This document shows positions 46,820 to 54,247 of a DNA stretch of 64,000 nt, in pieces; within the stretch, counting starts at the first letter, position 1; each line of letters starts with the position of its first letter. This DNA is from Acidobacteriota bacterium (lineage in GTDB: Bacteria > Acidobacteriota > Aminicenantia > Aminicenantales > Saccharicenantaceae), in NCBI GenBank assembly GCA_028749205.1, contig JAQULR010000006.1, positions 6,678-70,677 of the forward strand, read 5' to 3'. Below the pieces are notes generated by a model that saw only the letters and a list, made by a program, of their open reading frames with translations, searched no databases and was not told the DNA's origin. A program made the position numbers and the translations under genes.

Positions 46820-48430
46820 CTAATCTTTGAGTTCGTATTCTTCCAATAAGGACCGCCATTTATCCATTAGAGGTTTGTTAAGGTCCAGTGGCGGCTGAGC
46901 CTCGGCTGGTAAAAATGATTTATAGGGGTGGCGCTTCAGATATTGTTCAAATTCTACCTGTATTTTCTTGAGTTCTTCTGGTCGGTTAAGCAGATCAACC
47001 GCCGTTAGGGCCATAGCCTTAGCTCCAGCATTAAGCCCTTTCCAGGCAATCGAGCCATAGACTGAAGCTACGTTTGACCAATGATGTCCGATAGCTCCAG
47101 GGACGCTGGACGGAAAACGGAGAGTTGCAGTTGGGGCCACCAGAGTTACCTCTCCCACATCAGTCGACCCGCCGCCAGTGAAACCCTCTCTTGGTTCTCG
47201 TAGCTTAGAGACTTCTTTCTTCAAACCTTTTTCTTCTGTTTTTAATTCTGCCTGGAGAGCCAGGGCAAAGTTTTCTTCCTCGTCATCCCAGGCTGGCATT
47301 CCTACCAGCTCTATGTTTTTCTGGATGAGCTCAGCTAAGGCCTTGTTGCCATGGAACTGGTGAGTGGCACTCAATACCCGGACTTCAGCCAGCTCCGTCC
47401 CGGTAGCCAGGGCGGCGGCTTTGGCACAATTGACCACTCTTTCAAACATCTGCTCCAGCTGGTCGTCTGTGTTCCGAACATAATACCAGACAGAGGCTTT
47501 TTCCGGGACAACATTAGGAGCGCCACCACCTTCGAGAATAACATAGTGGACCCGGTGAGCCGGATTCAAATGTTCCCGTAAATAATTCACCGCGATGTTC
47601 AGCAATTCGACGGCATCCAGGGCGCTCCGCCCAGCCCAGGGGGCCCCAGCACTATGGGCAGTCTTGCCCTTAAAGGTGAAAATGGTTGAGATAACGGCAT
47701 TTCCTGAAACCCCATAGGCGGTACTGAAATCACTGGAGCTGTGGTTGTCTATCACTGCATCGACGCCCTGAAATAGGCCAGCTCTTACCATGTAAGGACG
47801 GCTGGCTAATATTTCTTCAGCCGGAGAACCGAAGACTTTAATTGTTCCCTTAAGACCGAATTTTACCATAGCCTCCTTAGTGGCTATGGCCGCGGCCACG
47901 GCTGCAGTTCCCATGGTGTTATGACCACAGCCGTGACCGGGGGCACCTTCAATCAACGGATCCTGTTTTGGTACCCGGCCCTTCTGGGATAATCCAGGCA
48001 GGGCGTCAAATTCACCCAGGAATCCTATAACCGGTTTTCCTTCTCCAAAAGTAGCCACAAAGCAGGTAGGCAGGCCGGCCAAGCCTCTCTCAACTTTAAA
48101 CCCTGCCTTTTCTAAGGTTTCAGCCAGTAAATCGGAGGATTTATATTCCTGCAAACCAAGTTCAGCGTATGACCAAATTCGGTCTGAAATCCGGCCGAAA
48201 AACTCTATCTGAGTTTCCCGTCCTAACCAGTCGAGGACAAAGGTTTTTTCTCGGCTAATTTTTGGCCCTGGTTTCTTCTGTTGAGCCAGGAAATTCTCGG
48301 CGCCAACCAGAAGGTGACTACCAGCAAAAGTAAATAGCAGAATGAAAAGTAAAGAAAAAAAACTATTTGCCTTGAGGTTCTGGCGACGAGAATGATTACC
48401 TGGTTTATTTAAGATGGTTAATAGGTTCAT
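46820..48430 (-). CDS. M20-family amidohydrolase/peptidase (AbgB-like), secreted
   Basis: 536 aa with an N-terminal TM/signal and M20 motifs (GHGCGHN, FGSPAEE). It is the last gene of a four-gene hydrolase operon, with a 4-nt overlap with the upstream gene. Confidence 0.82.
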   Translation of the reverse strand: MNLLTILNKPGNHSRRQNLKANSFFSLLFILLFTFAGSHLLVGAENFLAQQKKPGPKISREKTFVLDWLGRETQIEFFGRISDRIWSYAELGLQEYKSSDLLAETLEKAGFKVERGLAGLPTCFVATFGEGKPVIGFLGEFDALPGLSQKGRVPKQDPLIEGAPGHGCGHNTMGTAAVAAAIATKEAMVKFGLKGTIKVFGSPAEEILASRPYMVRAGLFQGVDAVIDNHSSSDFSTAYGVSGNAVISTIFTFKGKTAHSAGAPWAGRSALDAVELLNIAVNYLREHLNPAHRVHYVILEGGGAPNVVPEKASVWYYVRNTDDQLEQMFERVVNCAKAAALATGTELAEVRVLSATHQFHGNKALAELIQKNIELVGMPAWDDEEENFALALQAELKTEEKGLKKEVSKLREPREGFTGGGSTDVGEVTLVAPTATLRFPSSVPGAIGHHWSNVASVYGSIAWKGLNAGAKAMALTAVDLLNRPEELKKIQVEFEQYLKRHPYKSFLPAEAQPPLDLNKPLMDKWRSLLEEYELKD

Positions 48431-49800
48431 AGCTGTTTTTCCTGTTCTCTTTTCTGAAATTTTTCCAGTAGCTCGGTATAGCGGTTACTAAGGTCAATTT
48501 CTTGACCTTCTATAAAGACCTTTTCAATCTTTGTTCCCAACTCCAGGAGATCACCGTTGGCCAAAACAATGTTAGCTAATTTGCCAGGTTCCAAGCTGCC
48601 CATCAAATCATCCACCCCAAAGATTTCTGCCGGGTAGATAGTCACCGCTTTCAGAGCTTCCGTTCGGTCGAGACCAAAGGCGGCGGCTTTAGCTGCGTGA
48701 TAGGGGAGGTCTTTGGCCGAACTGGAGCTTGACGAGGAGAAGGCAATCTTCACTCCGGCCTGATTTAAGATCACCGGGTTTAAAAAGAGAGAATCATAGC
48801 CGTCTTCCCAAACCGGGGGCAGGCCGTAGAGTGAACCGATAAGGCACGGGATTCCTGCTTCCTTGATTTCCCGAGCTACCTTAAATCCCTGCTCTACCCC
48901 GTAAAAAATAGCTTTGATTTTTTCTTCTTTTACAAATTTTATTAACTGGATGATGTCTTGGTCACCATGAACTGAGAAAATAACAGGTAGTTCTCCCTTG
49001 ACTACCGGCAGAAGAAAATGACTGGTTTCGTCAAATTCTGGTAAGGGTAAAAGCAAGTTATTCCGGGCAGCTTGTCTTCTTTTCTCATACATCCTGGCTT
49101 GGTGGAATAGTTCCCTAAGTTCATCGAGAGCTTTTTCGGTAGTAACTTCTGGCTGTTGTCCCCCAAAGCCTCTGAAACTGCGGCGGCCAGAGCGGATTTG
49201 AGGAAGCTCTACCACCATGGCGAAAGATTCCTTGATAGCCATTTGCCGGTTAGTCCAACCTGACAATTTGATCAGCGTGCTTTGTCCTGCGATTAATCCA
49301 CCTGAAGGTGCAACTAAGGCGGCTACGATTCCATTAGCTCTGGCAATCGGGATGTGCATTGAATCATATCTGAGGGCTTCTATGGCTTTTACCTGAGGAT
49401 TGATGCGCCCGGTTTCCCGATTGTCAACTGTAGCCGCCACTCCGCTTATTTCCACCAGACCGAGCGAGGAATAACCATCTATCATTCCCGGATACGCTGT
49501 TAGCCCTTTGGCGTCAATAACCTTGGCTTCGGGTGGGATAGAGAGGTTAGAGCCAAGATCAGCAATTAGGCCATCTTTAATGATGATTGAGCCCGATTCA
49601 AGGGGCTGTCCTATAACTGGAACTATTTTAACATTGATAATAGCCCGGACCCTTGAACTCTGGTTACTGGCATAGGAAGCAGCTGGGAAAAGGGCTAAAA
49701 CAACCAATCCAGCCAGAATTAGACTTATTAATGGAGAAAACCAGATCTTGGCTATCTTATGGGCATTTATAATTTTGTTTGTACTGATGGGTTTCATCAT
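48427..49800 (-). CDS. amidohydrolase-fold protein with degenerate metal site
   Basis: Colinear with the neighbouring amidohydrolase, but the HxH position reads PGMIDGYSSLG and the Asp position reads IAFSSSSSSS. The C-terminal GSLEPGKLANIV block is retained. Confidence 0.8.
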   Translation of the reverse strand: MMKPISTNKIINAHKIAKIWFSPLISLILAGLVVLALFPAASYASNQSSRVRAIINVKIVPVIGQPLESGSIIIKDGLIADLGSNLSIPPEAKVIDAKGLTAYPGMIDGYSSLGLVEISGVAATVDNRETGRINPQVKAIEALRYDSMHIPIARANGIVAALVAPSGGLIAGQSTLIKLSGWTNRQMAIKESFAMVVELPQIRSGRRSFRGFGGQQPEVTTEKALDELRELFHQARMYEKRRQAARNNLLLPLPEFDETSHFLLPVVKGELPVIFSVHGDQDIIQLIKFVKEEKIKAIFYGVEQGFKVAREIKEAGIPCLIGSLYGLPPVWEDGYDSLFLNPVILNQAGVKIAFSSSSSSSAKDLPYHAAKAAAFGLDRTEALKAVTIYPAEIFGVDDLMGSLEPGKLANIVLANGDLLELGTKIEKVFIEGQEIDLSNRYTELLEKFQKREQEKQL

Positions 49801-51107
49801 TTGCCTCCTTTTTTAGCTGCGGCCTCTTGTCTTTCTTTAAGAATTTTTTCCCGGTCAAAATAGACTTCCCCTTCGATTATGGTCATATCGCAGCGAGCAT
49901 AGGCGCTCATCGGGTGGTTGTTGAACAAAGCCAGGTCGGCCTGCTTTCCGGCCTCGATGCTGCCAACTAAATGGTCAACTCCAAGCTGCTTGGCAGCATT
50001 GATAGTTATAAGTTTTATAGCTTCATCCTGAGTGATCCCATATTTTACTGCCTTTCCAGCTTCGTTAAATAGCCTTCTTATTCGCTCCCCACTGTCAGAA
50101 TTGATTGATACCAGAAGGCCCTGGTTTGTACAATAAGCGGCGTTATAAGCTATCCCTTCAGCTGCCTCCATTTTATAAGCCCAGCTATCGATAAAAACTG
50201 ATAACCCAACTCCTGCGGCTTTCAACTCATCTACTATCTTATAAGCTTCCCAGGCATGTTCAAAAGCGCCAATCTTGAATCCAAATTCCTTAGCCAGGTT
50301 TAAGAATTCTACCATCTCTGTGGCTACATAGGCATGACAACGGGCGACGAGTTTGCCTCTAAGCAGGTCAGCCAGGGTTTCCAGTCTAAGATCTCTTCTT
50401 GGAGGCAAGAGAGTGGCTGGTGGATTTTTGGATTTTTTGAGCTTTTCGTAGCGATCCCATTCGTCCAGGTAGTCTTTGGCTCTATTTAATTCGCGCCTAA
50501 TTAGGGCATTGGCTCCCATTCTGGTAGCTGGATAACGTTGGGGGCGTCCCGGAAGAAGAGTCCGGTTGGATTGTTTGACATTTTCACCAAGGGCAAATTT
50601 TAGGGTGGGAAAAGCTTCTTTAACTACGAGTTCTTCAGAAGGTTTGCCCCATTTAAGTTTCAGGACGACATTTTGTCCGCCGATGACGTTGGCACTGCCA
50701 TGCATGGTATGAACCATGGTCACCCCACCGGTCAGGGCTGTAAAAATTGAAGTATCATCGGCGTTTATCACCGTAGCCATATTAACTTCTGGAGTAACAG
50801 CATCTGTCCCTTCGTTGGTGCCATGAAGAGCGATGTGAGTGTGGGTATCAATTATTCCAGGCATGAGGTATTTTCCTGAGGCTTCGATAATTCTGGTCCC
50901 TGGAGGAGCTGAGAGATTCTGGCCGATTTGTTTTATCAAGCCATCAATTACCAGGACATCTGCCTCAGGGATTGCCGGGCCGCTAACCGTCAAAATGGTG
51001 GCCTTCTTGATAAGAAGATTACCATTGGCCTGGAGACTCGTTGCAGATGAAATCAAGAAAATTAAAAGGGAAGAAATCAGCAGGGTTTTTATCAGTTTAT
51101 TTCTCAT
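49797..51107 (-). CDS. amidohydrolase family metallohydrolase (canonical site)
   Basis: It has the PGIIDTHTHIALHG (HxH) motif, a later SINSDSG (metal Asp), GSIEAGKQADL, and a signal-like N-terminus. Confidence 0.85.
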   Translation of the reverse strand: MRNKLIKTLLISSLLIFLISSATSLQANGNLLIKKATILTVSGPAIPEADVLVIDGLIKQIGQNLSAPPGTRIIEASGKYLMPGIIDTHTHIALHGTNEGTDAVTPEVNMATVINADDTSIFTALTGGVTMVHTMHGSANVIGGQNVVLKLKWGKPSEELVVKEAFPTLKFALGENVKQSNRTLLPGRPQRYPATRMGANALIRRELNRAKDYLDEWDRYEKLKKSKNPPATLLPPRRDLRLETLADLLRGKLVARCHAYVATEMVEFLNLAKEFGFKIGAFEHAWEAYKIVDELKAAGVGLSVFIDSWAYKMEAAEGIAYNAAYCTNQGLLVSINSDSGERIRRLFNEAGKAVKYGITQDEAIKLITINAAKQLGVDHLVGSIEAGKQADLALFNNHPMSAYARCDMTIIEGEVYFDREKILKERQEAAAKKGGK

Positions 51108-52422
51108 TGGTTCTCTCCTTTATCTCAAAGAAGACTCCATCGACCATGACTCTGACGACTTTCGATTTTTCTCCGAATAATTCCCCCTTAGTCAAAATGA
51201 TATTAGCTATTTTGCCAGGTTCCAGAGTTCCAAGTTGTTTCTCTAACCCAAGTGCTCTGGCGGGCTCTATGGTTAAAGTCTTAAGAGCGGTCTCAAAGGG
51301 AAGGCCTGCCTGGATAGCAGCCCGGATGTTTTTCAGGAAATCTGATTCTTTCAGACCGAAAGTCGTTAAGGAAAAGTTTATTTTTTCTTTAGCCAGATTA
51401 GCCGGGTTGGCAGGATAAAGCTCACTTTCCGCCTTTTTCTTAACTTCTTCGCCCTGGCGTGAATAAATACTAGAATCCGGGGGGTTAAAATCGAGTGTTA
51501 CCAGTAGTGGGGTCCTGGCAGCTTTAAGATAGTCCTTAACCCGCCAGGCCTCATTGCAACCCGTCAGAACAGCATTCAACTTAAATTCATCTATTAACCT
51601 GAGAGCTCTTTTTATTTCTTCCTGGTTGTTACACTGAAAGACAACTGTTTTCTTTTCGACTACATAGGGAAGGAGAGCTTCCAGAAAAGGATCATATTCT
51701 GGCCTTTTCAAAAACTGAGGAGAAGAACGGTACTTCTGTAAATGGAGAGCATAGTGTTGGGTATCGTAGAATTTCTGCCTTAGGAAGGCTATAGTTCCCA
51801 TCGGACTTGATGGATAGACACCTCTTTCAGTTGTAAAGTTTATGTGCAGAGCCCAGGGTTGTTTAAGAACCATCTGATTAAGATCTTCGCCGTTTAAGTT
51901 GAGAACCACACTCTGTCCCTGGAAAATTCCCTGATTGGGAGCTACTACCACAGTGGTAATTCCAGTGGCCTGATAAGATTCGATGATCTGTTTTTTGGTT
52001 TTAAGTTTTTCTAATATCAGAAGCTCTGGGAATTCTTGAGGTTTAGCCGGCTGAGTATAGGCCCTGAGGAGTTCTTCAGGTGATGGTGGTTGTGACTGTT
52101 CCCGGGGTTCCAAGAAGAGGTTGGTGTGAGCTGAAATCAGACCAGGGTAAGCAGTTAAACCTTCGGCTTTAATGACTTCAGCGTCTTCTGGAACCTGAAC
52201 CTTTCCGGCAGAACCGACTGCTTCTATTAAGCCGTTCCGAACCAATATGGTTCCCTTTTCTATAACCGGTCCAGCTACAGGAACTATTCGGCAATTGACC
52301 AGAGCATAGGCTGGTTTGATGGTCTGGCTGGCTGAATTTCCTGTAGAAACCAGAATTAAAGCCAGCAGGACCAATGTCAGACAGATTTTTTTAGAATGTT
52401 TGTTCATGGGCCTCCTTCCCAA
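51097..52422 (-). CDS. amidohydrolase-fold protein with partly degenerate metal site
   Basis: The HxH position reads PGLISAHTNL (HxN) and there is no clear metal Asp (INFSLTTFG). It has GTLEPGKIANII and a signal/TM N-terminus. It is the first gene of the operon. Confidence 0.8.
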   Translation of the reverse strand: MGRRPMNKHSKKICLTLVLLALILVSTGNSASQTIKPAYALVNCRIVPVAGPVIEKGTILVRNGLIEAVGSAGKVQVPEDAEVIKAEGLTAYPGLISAHTNLFLEPREQSQPPSPEELLRAYTQPAKPQEFPELLILEKLKTKKQIIESYQATGITTVVVAPNQGIFQGQSVVLNLNGEDLNQMVLKQPWALHINFTTERGVYPSSPMGTIAFLRQKFYDTQHYALHLQKYRSSPQFLKRPEYDPFLEALLPYVVEKKTVVFQCNNQEEIKRALRLIDEFKLNAVLTGCNEAWRVKDYLKAARTPLLVTLDFNPPDSSIYSRQGEEVKKKAESELYPANPANLAKEKINFSLTTFGLKESDFLKNIRAAIQAGLPFETALKTLTIEPARALGLEKQLGTLEPGKIANIILTKGELFGEKSKVVRVMVDGVFFEIKERTNEK

Positions 52423-52674
52423 TAAGATATTTCAGGAATCCTGAAAATTTTATGGCTATATTTTGGTTATCATATTTGACTGAAGCAAAAAACTGAGGTT
52501 GAGTTTCTGGCAAGCTTTGACCGCAAGAATTCATAAATATCAGGGCTGAAAAGGATTGAAGCCCAAAATGGGCAGGGGAGGACTCTGGATTTGATATTTT
52601 CAATTAGACCATCCAATCAAACCTGCGTTATTCGTAAAACAGAAAATGTCTCGAGAGTTTTAACTAACATTGAT

Positions 52675-52856
52675 GAGAAAATCGGGACATGAGACGATTT
52701 TCTCAGGCATTAGAAAGCCTGTGCTTTAACCGAGAGATGAGTAGGAAATTCTGATAGACTTTCGGTGCGGGGTTCCGCCTTCTACGAGACGAGTATGTTA
52801 CGGCCTTTAGTCCAGGGAGGCTGCACTTAAATCGGTTCGTGTCCCTCATTTTTTCT
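52675..52856 (+). repeat. long copy (A) of the dispersed structured repeat family
   Basis: The outer 17-position stem GGGACATGAGACGATTT (52684-700) / AAATCGGTTCGTGTCCC (52829-45) has 14 WC pairs, 2 G-U pairs and 1 mismatch, and is followed by TCATTTTTTCTC. By hand alignment it differs from copy B by 16 substitutions and no indels over about 167 nt. Confidence 0.8.
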
Positions 52857-52893
52857 CAACAAAAATCTGCCAGCTCCGTTATAAGGTAGGTTA

Positions 52894-52921
52894 ACCTGGA
52901 TTATTTGTGAATAATTCAAGT
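52894..52921. repeat. 28-bp palindromic intergenic motif (copy 2)
   Basis: ACCTGGATTATT-TGTG-AATAATTCAAGT, with arms complementary at 10/12. A left half-site, ACCTGCGTTATT, lies at 52621-52632 on the other side of repeat copy A. Confidence 0.7.
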
Positions 52922-53262
52922 CAAACCGAAAAAGCCTTAAGAAAAATATCTTATTTCTGACAAGATATTTGTCAATAGAAATTTTTTTGCAAGCCAAAAG
53001 TTATTAGCCGGTAGCCCTTGCTTAAAGCTTCTAATGAGTTAGGGGAGCAAATATCAGGTGCTTTCTGGTGTTTAGTGACCAACCTTGCCAGATGGTCTTC
53101 TAAGAGATTTGTCCAGGCCGAGTTATTTAGATGCTTGGGAGTATTTTCTTCTGGTTGAGGGTGAATGATAATCATATTTTGCCAAAAGCTCTTGTTTTAA
53201 ATCTGACAAAGAAATAAGATTTAAAATTAATGGTCAGATGGCTTAGTGATAAGGAGGATAAG

Positions 53263-53712
53263 ATGAAGAGAAAATTATCCTTGTTTGTGGTGATTCTTTT
53301 ACTGTTTTCAATCGCCCAGGTTCAAGCTCAACAAAAAAAGTTTGGGCTCGGTATCATTCTGGGAGAGCCAACCGGTGTTATTGCCAAATACTGGACCAGC
53401 AATCGCACCGCCTTTGATGTTGCCGGTTCCTGGTCATTTTCTGGCGAGAATGCTTTTCATATTCACGGCGATTATCTTTTTCACAGCTTCATCGGAGTAG
53501 AAAAGGGTAAGTTGCCATTTTATTATGGAATTGGAGCTCGCTTAAACCTGCAAGATAAAACCAGATTTGGTATTAGAATTCCAGTCGGCTTGAGCTACAT
53601 GTTTGAAAAGACTCCACTTGACATATTTTTAGAAATCGGTCCGGTCATGGATTTGGTTCCAGATACAGAATTTCATGTTCTCGGTTTTATAGGCATCCGC
53701 TATTATTTCTGA
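53263..53712 (+). CDS. small (8-strand-size) outer-membrane beta-barrel protein
   Basis: Start trimmed to the ATG behind the AAGGAGG RBS. It has a signal peptide MKRKLSLFVVILLLFSIAQVQAQ, alternating beta-strand pattern, and a C-terminal aromatic signature GIRYYF. Confidence 0.7.
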   Translation: MKRKLSLFVVILLLFSIAQVQAQQKKFGLGIILGEPTGVIAKYWTSNRTAFDVAGSWSFSGENAFHIHGDYLFHSFIGVEKGKLPFYYGIGARLNLQDKTRFGIRIPVGLSYMFEKTPLDIFLEIGPVMDLVPDTEFHVLGFIGIRYYF

Positions 53713-53890
53713 TTATTGGGACATGATACGATTTTCCCACGCACCAGAAAGCCTGTGCTTTAGCCCAGGGATGAGTAGGAAATTCTGATAGACTTTCGGT
53801 GCGGGGTTCCGCCTTCTACAACGCGAGGACGTTACGGCCTTTAGTCCATGGAGGCTTCACTTAAATCGGTTCGTGTCCCTCGTTTCCCCA
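53711..53890 (+). repeat. long copy (B) of the dispersed structured repeat family
   Basis: It starts at the stop codon of the OMP gene and is near-identical to copy A, including the terminal arms GGGACATGATACGATTT / AAATCGGTTCGTGTCCC. Confidence 0.8.
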
Positions 53891-53984
53891 GGCACCAACT
53901 TTTTTATAAGTGATAATTAAAAACATCAAGACATATTCAGTTTTAGGAATAAGGTAGACTATAATCTGGGGTTTAGGCAACTCG

Positions 53985-54140
53985 CCAAAAATTTTCCATA
54001 AAACAGAAAGCCCTATCATTTAGTTCAGAAATCAATGGAAAATTCTGATAGGCTTTCAGCGCGGCGTTCCGCCTGTTACCATACAAGAAGGTGGTTGTCC
54101 TTAGCCGGGTGGACTTTGCTTAAAGATAAGAGAGGTAACT
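53985..54140 (+). repeat. diverged long copy (C) of the dispersed structured repeat family
   Basis: Its core GGAAAATTCTGATAGGCTTTCAGCGCGGCGTTCCGCC aligns with A/B GGAAATTCTGATAGACTTTCGGTGCGGGGTTCCGCC. The flanking blocks AGAAAGCC and CTTAAA are conserved, but the outer arms differ. Confidence 0.65.
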
Positions 54141-54247
54141 TTAACCTATGCTGACCTATGGGATAAGACCAATTTAAAAAAATTAGTAGAAATTTGCCGG
54201 AAAATGATTAAAATTGTTGGGAACCGAAAGACCCGAGGAGGCAATCA

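Noticed and set aside
52730-52760. Hammerhead-like CUGAUGA core in the repeat (GAUGAGUAGGAAAUUCUGAUAG)
   Set aside because: The sequence is CUGAUAG, not CUGANGA. No matching GAAA/cleavage-site arrangement is present.
52391-53175. ORFs 52391..52603 and 52972..53175 (-) in the amidohydrolase/OMP intergenic region
   Set aside because: They have no RBS and I recognise no family. The region is better explained by repeat copy A and the palindrome. I considered 52972..53175 as a transposase or RAYT remnant but found no supporting motif.
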